This document shows positions 1-8,307 of a DNA stretch of 64,000 bases, piece by piece. Made by a program: the position numbers and the translations under genes. The notes under the pieces were generated by a model. It worked only from the letters and a program-made list of their open reading frames with translations, was not told where the DNA came from and made no database searches. Origin of the DNA: Candidatus Acidiferrales bacterium (GTDB lineage: Bacteria > Acidobacteriota > Terriglobia > Acidiferrales > UBA7541); NCBI GenBank assembly GCA_035622875.1, contig DASPUN010000016.1, positions 26,706-90,705 of the forward strand, written 5' to 3'. Every line of letters begins with the position of its first letter. Positions within the stretch are counted from its first letter, which is position 1.

Positions 1-606
1 CCAGAAGCCTGCGTCCGTTTCGAGCGTTGCTTGCAAGTAGCCGCGAAAGGAGGCCTCCTCGAAAAACGCTACGAGTAAGAAACCAATCCCATAAAGGACC
101 CCAATTCGCACAGCCGTTGTCGAAAGCGTTCCTTGCCCGGCGAACGAAACTCTTCCCAGTAAATGCATCGACGCCATCAGCAAGGCCAGCGTCACGAATC
201 CCAAGGGCACGCCCTGGCAAAACCGTATCAACGTCGCCGCGTCCCAAGAAATTCGGTAGTCGCGAAAAGTGCGGCTTTCCAACCGACTCATGGCCAGCCC
301 AGCCAACATCGCGGCTGCCGTGCGGATCGACTCGCTCAATATCAGTGTTCCGGGAGTCAGGAGTGCGCCCTGTTGATACAGCGACTTCAGCCACACGTAA
401 AGGCTAGGGCTACTTGCAAGCGCAACCTCGAGCACATAGACAAAACACGCATAAAAGGCGACAGCCAGCAGGATTCTCCAGCCCGACCGGAGGCCGTGCG
501 GTCCAAGGATGAAACGCGGAAAGCCCGGCTTTTCGGAATGAGACGCAGAATCCCTCGTGATTGCCGGTCCTGGATCGTTTGAAGGTTGGTTCGAGCTGGA
601 TGTCAT
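1..606 (-). CDS. CPBP family intramembrane glutamic endopeptidase (CAAX/Abi-like), partial; 3' end lies beyond the window edge
   Basis: Not in the ORF track because there is no stop codon inside the window. Manual minus-strand translation is open from ATG 606..604 to base 1: MTSSSNQPSNDPGPAITRDSASHSEKPGFPRFILGPHGLRSGWRILLAVAFYACFVYVL...GVLYGIGFLLVAFFEEASFRGYLQATLETDAGFW. It has several hydrophobic helices and the EExxxR(G) motif 1 of CPBP proteases. Confidence 0.55.
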   Translation of the reverse strand, partial: MTSSSNQPSNDPGPAITRDSASHSEKPGFPRFILGPHGLRSGWRILLAVAFYACFVYVLEVALASSPSLYVWLKSLYQQGALLTPGTLILSESIRTAAAMLAGLAMSRLESRTFRDYRISWDAATLIRFCQGVPLGFVTLALLMASMHLLGRVSFAGQGTLSTTAVRIGVLYGIGFLLVAFFEEASFRGYLQATLETDAGFW

Positions 607-862
607 TCTTACGCCGTCTAGATCCGTACCCGGGGCCGTGCTCCGAGCTGCGCGGGCCATCCCATGTGTGCCGGGAATTTCAACGCCGTTGGCGAAGTCA
701 AACCGACAATTCGGCTCATCTAATATGCCATGTTCCCGGGTTGCGGCCTCGTGCCAGCGGCTGTTAAACTGCCGTTTCTGCGAGCATGATAGAGCCGCGC
801 GGCAACAAACCTTCCGGGCGAGACGGGCTCGGGTTCCACGAGAAATACGAGGGAGGATTTGC

Positions 863-2260
863 TTGGCGAAATACGATCTTGTGATCATCGGAAGCGGACC
901 GGGCGGTTACGTAGCTGCGATTCGTGCCAGCCAGTGGGGGCTGAAGACGGCCGTCGTCGAAAAGGATCCGTTTCTCGGCGGCACTTGCCTGCATGTCGGC
1001 TGCATTCCGACCAAAGTTTTCCTGCACCACGCTGATATCTACGACAATTTCAAGCGCGCCGAGGAATTTGGGTTCGAAGTGAAGGACGTGAAGGTGAATT
1101 GGCCCGCGATGCTCGCGCGTAAGCAGAAAATCGTGAACAAGCATGCGGGCGGAATCGGCGTCCTGTTCAAGAAAAATAAAGTGGATTCGATTACCGGCTG
1201 GGGGCGCATTGCCGGGCCCGGGCGTGTGTCAGTCGAAAAAGATGGCAAGACCGCTGAGCTGGAGACCACTTACACGATGCTCGCGACAGGATCGGATGCG
1301 CGCTCGCTCCCAGGGGTTCAGATCGACGGCAGCACGATCCTTACGAATCGTGAGATTTTGCAGCTGGATGCGATTCCTAAATCCCTTGTCGTGGTGGGAG
1401 CGGGCGCCGTCGGCGTCGAATTTGCGTCGATTTTCCGAACGTTTGGCAGCGAAGTAACCATCCTCGAGGCGCTGCCGCGCATCGTTCCCCTGGAAGATGA
1501 AGAGATTTCGGCGGAGCTCGACAAAGCGTTCAAGAAGAAGGGCATCAAGATCGAGACGGGCGCGATGGTCGAGTCGGTAAAGAAAGATGCGAAAGGCGCG
1601 ACGGTCAGTTTCAAAGACAAGACTGGCAAAGCGCAGACGATTTCGGCCGAAAAAGTACTGATTGGTGTCGGACGCCGCCCGATGACGGAAACGGTGGGCC
1701 TGGAAAAAACAAAAGCTCAGGTCGAGCGTGGTTTCGTGCATACGAATGCCTATCTGGAAACTGCCGAGCCGAGGCTCTATGCCATCGGCGATATCGTCGC
1801 CGGGCTGCCACAACTCGCGCACGCCGCTTCGATGGAAGGCATCATCGCGGTGGGACGGATGGCCGACAAAGATGTGCAGCCGTTTGACAAGAAGCGCTGT
1901 CCCGCTTGCACGTACTGCGAGCCGCAAATCGGATCGATTGGCTTGACCGAGAAGCAGGCGCGGGACGCCGGATTCGACGTCAAGACCGGCAAATTCCCGT
2001 TTCTGGGTAATAGCAAAGCGACGATCCTTGGGCAACACGAAGGCTTCATCAAGGTCGTGGCGGAGGCGAAATACGGCGAGATTCTGGGCGTGCATGCGAT
2101 TGGGCCGCTCGCGACCGAAATCATCGCGGAGCCCGTCGCGGCACTCGGACTCGAAGCGACGCTCGACGACATGGCAGCGACGATCCATGCGCATCCAACC
2201 GTATGGGAAGCCATGGGTGATGCATTCAATTCCGTGCGCGGCCTGACGATCAACTTCTAA
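863..2260 (+). CDS. lpdA: dihydrolipoyl dehydrogenase (E3 component)
   Basis: Same frame as ORF 557..2260. The homologous part begins at AKYDLVIIGSGPGGYVAAIRA (FAD GxGxxG). Also present: redox disulfide GGTCLHVGCIPTK, NAD fold VVVGAGAVGVEFAS, and C-terminal HAHPT motif. Start placed at TTG 863, 5 nt after GGGAGGA (851-857). The 100-aa upstream extension has no E3 counterpart. Confidence 0.9.
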   Translation: MAKYDLVIIGSGPGGYVAAIRASQWGLKTAVVEKDPFLGGTCLHVGCIPTKVFLHHADIYDNFKRAEEFGFEVKDVKVNWPAMLARKQKIVNKHAGGIGVLFKKNKVDSITGWGRIAGPGRVSVEKDGKTAELETTYTMLATGSDARSLPGVQIDGSTILTNREILQLDAIPKSLVVVGAGAVGVEFASIFRTFGSEVTILEALPRIVPLEDEEISAELDKAFKKKGIKIETGAMVESVKKDAKGATVSFKDKTGKAQTISAEKVLIGVGRRPMTETVGLEKTKAQVERGFVHTNAYLETAEPRLYAIGDIVAGLPQLAHAASMEGIIAVGRMADKDVQPFDKKRCPACTYCEPQIGSIGLTEKQARDAGFDVKTGKFPFLGNSKATILGQHEGFIKVVAEAKYGEILGVHAIGPLATEIIAEPVAALGLEATLDDMAATIHAHPTVWEAMGDAFNSVRGLTINF

Positions 2261-2296
2261 CCAGCCGCACTCGATGACTCAGCTTCGGAAACATTT

Positions 2297-3043
2297 ATGA
2301 ATCGGAGCGACACAACATGTTGGGTGGTCAACCTCGGCACGATCGACTACGACCGTGCGAGCGAATTGCAAGGCCAGCTAGTTGAAGCTCGCAAAGTCCG
2401 CGTGATTCCGGATGTGCTGCTGCTGTGCGAGCACCCGCACGTCATCACGCTCGGTCGGAATTCGCACCGGGAACACCTGCTTGCCGGCAGTCGAATGCTC
2501 GATCAAATGGGTGCCCGAGTGCATCCCTCCGATCGCGGGGGCGATATCACGTATCACGGTCCCGGCCAGATTGTCGGCTATCCGATTCTCGACCTCACGG
2601 AGCATCGCCGCGACATCCGCTGGTATGTCGACCAGCTTGAGGAAGTGATGATCCGAGCGACGGGCGATTTCGGCGTCGCGGCGAAGCGCATTGAGGGTCA
2701 ACACGGTGCCTGGATTGATACACTGGAGGGCGAGCGGAAAATCGGTGCGCTCGGCGTGCATCTGAGCCGCTGGGTGACTTCGCACGGATTCGCCTACAAC
2801 GTATCAACCGATCTTCGGTATTTTGATCTGATCGTTCCGTGCGGAATCGCAGGGAAAGGCGTCACATCGCTTGAACGGATGCTGGGGCGCGCGATTTCGA
2901 TGGATGAAGTACGCGACCGAATCGCTTCTCATTTCTGTAGTACCTTCAACCGCCGTCTCGAGCGGATCACGCGCGAGCAGTTGGCCGGGTCGCTCGGTTC
3001 GACGCGGGAAACGCATGCTGGTGCGCTCACGTCGATAGCATAG
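2297..3043 (+). CDS. lipB: lipoyl(octanoyl) transferase
   Basis: 248 aa with CEHPHVITLGRN, GGDITYHGPGQIVGYPILDL and VPCGI motifs, all typical of LipB. Confidence 0.9.
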   Translation: MNRSDTTCWVVNLGTIDYDRASELQGQLVEARKVRVIPDVLLLCEHPHVITLGRNSHREHLLAGSRMLDQMGARVHPSDRGGDITYHGPGQIVGYPILDLTEHRRDIRWYVDQLEEVMIRATGDFGVAAKRIEGQHGAWIDTLEGERKIGALGVHLSRWVTSHGFAYNVSTDLRYFDLIVPCGIAGKGVTSLERMLGRAISMDEVRDRIASHFCSTFNRRLERITREQLAGSLGSTRETHAGALTSIA

Positions 3044-3109
3044 CTCTCAACAACAACTCAAGCCTGCCTTGCGGCAGCGCGGCACAGCAACTAGGCGGTG
3101 CAAGGACGC

Positions 3110-4384
3110 ATGAACGCGAAGCTGACTCCCGAACAACACCTTGAGCTCTATTACTTCATGCAGCTCAACCGCCAGCTCGAGGAGCGGCTCGTTCGGCTCT
3201 TCCGGCAAAACAAGATTGTCGGCGGCGTGTATTCGAGCCTCGGCCAGGAAGCTGTTTCGGTTGGAACCGCCTACGCCCTCGAGTCGCGAGATTGGCTTGC
3301 GCCAATGATTCGCAATATCGGGGCGCTGCTAGTGAAGGGGTTCAAGCCTCGCGACATCTTCACGCAGCACATGGCGAAGTACACCTCGCCCACGCACGGG
3401 AAAGACGGTACGAGCCATTTCGGCGACCTCAAAGTCCGGCACGTCATCTCGCCTATATCGATGCTAGGCGACCTGATCCCCGTAATGACGGGCGTGGCGA
3501 TGGCTGGGCGTTACCTTGGGCAGAAGATCGTGGCGCTGACGTGGATCGGAGACGGAGGCAGCTCCACGGGCGCGTTTCACGAAGGATTGAACTTCGCGGC
3601 CGCACAGCGCGCGCCGTTCGTGCTCGTGCTCGAAAACAATCAATGGGCGTACTCGACTCCGGTGGCGCGGCAAGTTCCGCTGCGCGACCTGGCCGACCGC
3701 GCGAAAGCGTATGGCATTGCAAGCAGGATTGTGGACGGCAACGATGTGCTCGCCGTCTATGAGACAACTAGGGGCGCCGTTGACGATTGCCGCGCGGGAC
3801 AAGGGCCTGTGCTGATCGAAGTGAAAACGATGCGCATGAAGGGTCACGCGCAGCACGACCCGGCGGAATACGTCCCGAAGGCGATGTTTGAGTACTGGAA
3901 GGCTCGCGACCCGATTGCGCGCTATGAAGCGTATCTGACCGAGCACAAGCTCTGGGACGCGAAGAAAAAGGCCGTAATCGACTCCCGCATCGAGCGTGAG
4001 CTCGATGAAGATCAGAAGTTCGCGGAAGAGTCGCCGATGCCGCTGCCCGAACAGGCGAACGAAGGTGTGTATTGCGAGGGCTGCCACACGATTGAAGCCG
4101 ATTGGAAGCGTTCGAAAAAGGAAGTGATGCCGCCGGCGGCGAGCGTCGAAGCAGTATGGAAGGTCACGGATTTCGGCGCCGCCGGCGCGCCGCCTCGTCC
4201 GGCGCCAGGAGTAGCTGCCGCGGCGGCGAAGCAGGCGGCCGCACCCGAGGAAGAAATTGCGATTGAAAAGCAGGCGCCGCTCCGCGTTCCGTTTGGCCGC
4301 GGACCGAAGGATCGGGCATTCGAACGCGAGCGGCAGGAAAAGCACGCCGCCAAGCCGCATCACCACAAACGGCGGAGACGCTGA
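3110..4384 (+). CDS. 2-oxoacid dehydrogenase E1 component, alpha subunit (TPP-dependent), with an atypical 103-aa basic C-terminal tail
   Basis: YFMQLNRQLEERL, GQEAVSVG, and a TPP-binding region IGDGGSSTGAFHEGLNFAA...VLENNQWA. ATG 3110 is preferred over the in-frame GTG 3098. The substrate class (pyruvate, branched-chain or acetoin) cannot be resolved by eye. Confidence 0.85.
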   Translation: MNAKLTPEQHLELYYFMQLNRQLEERLVRLFRQNKIVGGVYSSLGQEAVSVGTAYALESRDWLAPMIRNIGALLVKGFKPRDIFTQHMAKYTSPTHGKDGTSHFGDLKVRHVISPISMLGDLIPVMTGVAMAGRYLGQKIVALTWIGDGGSSTGAFHEGLNFAAAQRAPFVLVLENNQWAYSTPVARQVPLRDLADRAKAYGIASRIVDGNDVLAVYETTRGAVDDCRAGQGPVLIEVKTMRMKGHAQHDPAEYVPKAMFEYWKARDPIARYEAYLTEHKLWDAKKKAVIDSRIERELDEDQKFAEESPMPLPEQANEGVYCEGCHTIEADWKRSKKEVMPPAASVEAVWKVTDFGAAGAPPRPAPGVAAAAAKQAAAPEEEIAIEKQAPLRVPFGRGPKDRAFERERQEKHAAKPHHHKRRRR

Positions 4385-4386
4385 CG

Positions 4387-5361
4387 ATGCCTGAGATCAC
4401 GATGCTCGAAGCCATCCGCGAAGCTCTCTTTGAAGAGATGGAGCGCGACCCCGCCGTCGTCACACTCGGCGAGGACATCGGCGTCTATGGTGGAGCATTC
4501 AAGGTGACTGAAGGATTGCTCGCGAAGTACGGCCCCGAGCGCGTGATCGACACGCCCATCAGCGAGACCGCAATCGTCGGTGCGGCGTGCGGAATGAGCT
4601 ATCTCGGCCTGCGGCCTGTGGCGGAAATGCAGTTCATCGATTTCATCGCCTGCTGCTTCAATCAGGTGACAAATTTCGTCGCCAAGTCGCACTACCGCTG
4701 GGGCGCGCCGGTACCGCTGGTGCTGCGCGGGCCCTCGGGAGGCGGCGTGCACGGCGGACCGTTTCATTCGGCAAACCCGGAGATGTACTTCGTGCACACG
4801 CCGGGTCTGAAGGTGGTTTACCCTTCGACCGCCTACGACGCGAAAGGGCTGCTCAAATCGGCAATTCGCGACAATAATCCTGTGCTGTTCTTCGAGCACA
4901 AATTTCTCTACCGGCGCATCAAGGAAGATATCCCTCGTAGCGACTACACGGTGCCGATCGGCAAGGCTGTAGTGCGGCGCGAGGGGCATGATCTGACGAT
5001 TGTGAGCTACGCAGCCGCGGCGCACACGTCGCTCGAAGCTGCTGCGGCGCTGGCGAAGGAAAGGATTGAAGCGGAAGTGATCGACCTGCGGACGCTCCTG
5101 CCGCTTGACCGCGAGACGATTCTCAATTCGCTGAAGAAGACGAACAAGCTGCTCGTGGTGCACGAAGATACACGCACGGGTGGCATCGCGGGGGAGATCG
5201 CCGCGCTAGTCTGCGAGGGGGCATTCGATCACCTGGATGGACCGATCGCGCGTGTCACAGGGCTTGATACGCCTGTGCCCTATTCGCCGCCGTTGGAAGA
5301 AGCGTTTCTTCCGAGCGTCGAAAAAGTTGCGGCTGCCGCGCGGGAATTGGCAAAATACTAA
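4387..5361 (+). CDS. 2-oxoacid dehydrogenase E1 component, beta subunit
   Basis: 324 aa, MPEITMLEAIREAL...EDIGVYGGAFKVTEGL. Transketolase-like pyrimidine-binding and C-terminal domains. Starts 2 nt after the E1alpha stop. Confidence 0.9.
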   Translation: MPEITMLEAIREALFEEMERDPAVVTLGEDIGVYGGAFKVTEGLLAKYGPERVIDTPISETAIVGAACGMSYLGLRPVAEMQFIDFIACCFNQVTNFVAKSHYRWGAPVPLVLRGPSGGGVHGGPFHSANPEMYFVHTPGLKVVYPSTAYDAKGLLKSAIRDNNPVLFFEHKFLYRRIKEDIPRSDYTVPIGKAVVRREGHDLTIVSYAAAAHTSLEAAAALAKERIEAEVIDLRTLLPLDRETILNSLKKTNKLLVVHEDTRTGGIAGEIAALVCEGAFDHLDGPIARVTGLDTPVPYSPPLEEAFLPSVEKVAAAARELAKY

Positions 5362-5386
5362 TTTGATCGAGAGAGGGGCGTGAGCC

Positions 5387-5638
5387 TTGGGAAAAACCAA
5401 GGGTTTGAATGTAGCCGAGTTCGAAGTCGGGTCAGAGGTTCGCATTGCTGACCGCAGCTTCTTGGAGAATTTTCTCGAAGAGGGGCAGTACCACAACGAA
5501 CTCGAGCCCGCACAGGTTGAATACGCCGGCCGCGTCGCCAAGGTGCAGGCGGTCGAATTCTTCCACGGCGGAGATGAGATTTACACGCTTGAGGGAATTC
5601 CGGGCGTGTGGCACGAAGAATGTCTGAGCGCTGTTTAA
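5387..5638 (+). CDS. hypothetical small protein (83 aa) embedded between E1beta and E2
   Basis: Open frame with balanced, acidic, protein-like composition. TTG start is preceded by GAGAGGGG. It fills the E1beta-E2 gap exactly. I recognise no family. Confidence 0.45.
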   Translation: MGKTKGLNVAEFEVGSEVRIADRSFLENFLEEGQYHNELEPAQVEYAGRVAKVQAVEFFHGGDEIYTLEGIPGVWHEECLSAV

Positions 5639-5662
5639 GTTCCGAGTCCCCAGGAGAAAGCC

Positions 5663-6994
5663 ATGGCTGTTGACGTCATTATGCCCCAGATGGGGGAAAG
5701 CATTTTTGAAGGCACGATCACCAAGTGGCTGAAGAAGCCCGGCGACAAGATCGAGCGTGATGAGCCGCTCTTCGAGATTTCAACCGATAAGGTCGATGCG
5801 GAAATTCCTGCGCCGGCAGCAGGCGTGCTGAAAGAGATCAAAGTCACCGAGGGCCAGACGGTGCCGATTCAGACCGTTGTGGCTGTGATCGACGCTGCAG
5901 GAGCCGCCGCAGCTGCCGCGGCACCTGCGCCTGCGGCGAAGCCAGAGGCCGCGAAGCCCGCGCCTGCCGCACCCAAAGTTGAAGCTGCGAAGCCTGCAGG
6001 TGCACCGCCGGCTCCTCCGGCACCGCCGAAGGCCGCCCCGATTCAGGCTGCGCCTGAAAGAGTAGGCGGCAACGGAGAGAAGGTTCGCAGCTCCCCGCTT
6101 GTTCGCCGCATCGCGCGCGAGCATCAGATTGACCTGACGCAAGTGCCCGGCACGGGCGCGGGCGGCCGCGTCAGCAAGCGAGACATCCTAGCCGCCGTCG
6201 AAGGCGGCGCTGCTGCGCCAGCCGGAGCCCCGAGCATGCCTCCGCCCCCTGCGCCTACGGCTCCGCGCGAAACTGGCATACCGCGCGAGCGGATGTACTT
6301 CGGCCACTACGAAGTGCAACCGATGTCCACCATGCGGCAGAAGATCGCCGAGCACATGGTGATGTCGAAGAGGACGTCGCCGCACGTTTACTCGATCGAG
6401 GAAGCAAACGTCACTGCCATCGCGGCACTGCGCGCGAAGAGCAAAGAGAAATTCGAGAAGGAATCCGGCACGAAGCTGACGTTTATGCCATTTTTCATCC
6501 GCGCGGCGGTCGAAGCTCTGCGCGCGTTTCCGACTGTGAATTCGTCGGTCGACGGAACGAATCTCGTTCTGCACAAAGAGTGCAATATCGGCATCGCCGT
6601 GGCGCTCGATTGGGGATTGATCGTTCCGGTGATCAAGAACGCCGAAGAGAAGAATTTCTACGGACTCGCTCGCTCGGTCAACGATCTCGCCGAGCGTGCA
6701 CGCGCGAAGAAGCTCAAGCCCGAAGAGGTGCTCGAGAGCACGTTCTCGATCACCAATCCCGGCGTTTTCGGCGGCTTGATGGGCCTGCCGGTGATCAATC
6801 AGCCGAACGTGGCGATTCTCGGTCTCGGTACGATCGAAAAGCGTCCGGTCGTGATCGACGACGCCATCGCGATTCGTTCGATGGTCTATCTCACACTGTC
6901 CTACGATCACCGCGCGGTTGACGGAGCCATCGCGCACCAGTTCATGGGCCACATCAAACACACGCTTGAAAACTGGGCAGAGCCGATTCTGTAG
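5663..6994 (+). CDS. dihydrolipoamide acyltransferase (E2 component)
   Basis: Lipoyl domain (EISTDKVDAEIPAP), Ala/Pro linker, subunit-binding domain (SPLVRRIAREHQIDLTQVPGTGAGGRVSKRDI), and a catalytic domain with DHRAVDG. AGGAGA lies upstream of the ATG. Confidence 0.9.
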   Translation: MAVDVIMPQMGESIFEGTITKWLKKPGDKIERDEPLFEISTDKVDAEIPAPAAGVLKEIKVTEGQTVPIQTVVAVIDAAGAAAAAAAPAPAAKPEAAKPAPAAPKVEAAKPAGAPPAPPAPPKAAPIQAAPERVGGNGEKVRSSPLVRRIAREHQIDLTQVPGTGAGGRVSKRDILAAVEGGAAAPAGAPSMPPPPAPTAPRETGIPRERMYFGHYEVQPMSTMRQKIAEHMVMSKRTSPHVYSIEEANVTAIAALRAKSKEKFEKESGTKLTFMPFFIRAAVEALRAFPTVNSSVDGTNLVLHKECNIGIAVALDWGLIVPVIKNAEEKNFYGLARSVNDLAERARAKKLKPEEVLESTFSITNPGVFGGLMGLPVINQPNVAILGLGTIEKRPVVIDDAIAIRSMVYLTLSYDHRAVDGAIAHQFMGHIKHTLENWAEPIL

Positions 6995-7048
6995 AGCAGC
7001 TTCGAATAGCCGATCTTATGCATCGGTCGGCTCTGATCGGCCTCCTTC

Positions 7049-8230
7049 ATGTCCCCTGCTAAGACGAGCGACGCCTGGGGCATCCCGCCTTGGCGAATAG
7101 ATTTCACTCCGCCTAGGAAGCCGCTTCCAGATTTCGCGGACGTCGCCATCATCGGAGCAGGGTTTACTGGTCTCGCCGCCGCAGCGTGGCTGCGCGCTCT
7201 CGCTCCCGAAAAATCTGTCGTAGTCCTGGAAGCCGGACGCATCGGCCACGGAGCCAGCGGCCGAACGGGCGGAATCGTTCTCAGCGAGACCGCGGCAGGT
7301 GATCTTCCGGGCCTCGGAGACGTGCTGCCGGGCTTTCGACACATACTGAAAAAACTCAGCGTCGATTGCGATCTTCGTCTTCCGGGAGCCTGGGAGGTTG
7401 CTCGCAGCGCTGAAGCCGAGAGATCGGAAAATGGCCAGCCGCTTCGCGGTGAATCGCCAGTCGAATGGCAGGATTCCGGTACGCTGCGTGTTGTTAGCAT
7501 CGTTCCAGGCGGGACGATCGATCCCGGAAAACAGGTAAGCGGGCTGGCCCGTGCTGCGGTGCGTTTGGGAGCCGTGGTGTTGGGAAACGCGTCAGTATTG
7601 CGGATCAATTGGAAACATCCTGCGGAGCTCCGCCTTGCGCGGGCTCGCCTGCGCGCCACAAATATTCTCTTCGCGACGAATGCGCTTTCTGCCCGCCTCT
7701 CGGCTCTCGACTCCGCTATCTATCCGAAGCTCACGCTCGCCGCGCGCACCGCTCCTCTGACCGAAAAGCAAATCGAAGCGATCGGTCTCGCCGAGGGAAT
7801 CCCTTTCTATACGGTGGATTTTCCATATCTGTGGGGACGGGTCTGCTCCGATAACTCGATAATCTGGGGCGCGGGACTTGTCGACCCGCCTGAATCGGGC
7901 GATCTCGAAAAAGTTGACGTCGCGAGCGGCCCCTCCGCTCGGATGTTCGACGCGCTTGAAATGCGCGTGCACAAGCTGCATCCGGCTCTTGCGACTGCGA
8001 AGTTCACACACCGATGGGGAGGGCCCATCGCTTTCCGCAAAAACTTCCGTCCGATCTTCGCGCATCATCCAAAGAGCCGAAACGCCATCGTGTTGGGCGT
8101 TTTTGCGGGACATGGAGTGGCGCTCTCAGTTTATCTGGGCGCATGGGCAGCGGAAGCGCTGCTCGGCCGGCGTAAACTGCCGAGCTGGGGCCGGATCGGC
8201 TCGGCGAAAAATACTTCCAAACTTTGGTAG
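7049..8230 (+). CDS. FAD-dependent oxidoreductase (DAO/DadA-like family)
   Basis: N-terminal dinucleotide fold DVAIIGAGFTGLAAAAWL...LEAGRIGHGASGRTGG. 393 aa is typical for the family. Confidence 0.7.
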   Translation: MSPAKTSDAWGIPPWRIDFTPPRKPLPDFADVAIIGAGFTGLAAAAWLRALAPEKSVVVLEAGRIGHGASGRTGGIVLSETAAGDLPGLGDVLPGFRHILKKLSVDCDLRLPGAWEVARSAEAERSENGQPLRGESPVEWQDSGTLRVVSIVPGGTIDPGKQVSGLARAAVRLGAVVLGNASVLRINWKHPAELRLARARLRATNILFATNALSARLSALDSAIYPKLTLAARTAPLTEKQIEAIGLAEGIPFYTVDFPYLWGRVCSDNSIIWGAGLVDPPESGDLEKVDVASGPSARMFDALEMRVHKLHPALATAKFTHRWGGPIAFRKNFRPIFAHHPKSRNAIVLGVFAGHGVALSVYLGAWAAEALLGRRKLPSWGRIGSAKNTSKLW

Positions 8231-8307
8231 TTCAGGTTCCCATCGGCTGGGCGTGGTGTCTGTAGTCCTATGCCGTTTGCGCGACCGTTGTTAGAATTCG
8301 CCGACCA

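Noticed and set aside
27-582. Plus-strand ORFs 27..407 and 163..582
   Set aside because: Arg/Ser/Pro-rich products with no motifs. The opposite strand carries an open, TM-rich CPBP protease frame with a recognisable motif.
557-862. 100-aa N-terminal extension of the E3 (lpdA) ORF
   Set aside because: E3 homology starts at the FAD GxGxxG fold. A TTG start with a GGGAGGA SD sits right there, and the extension is Arg/Cys-rich with no counterpart in E3 proteins.
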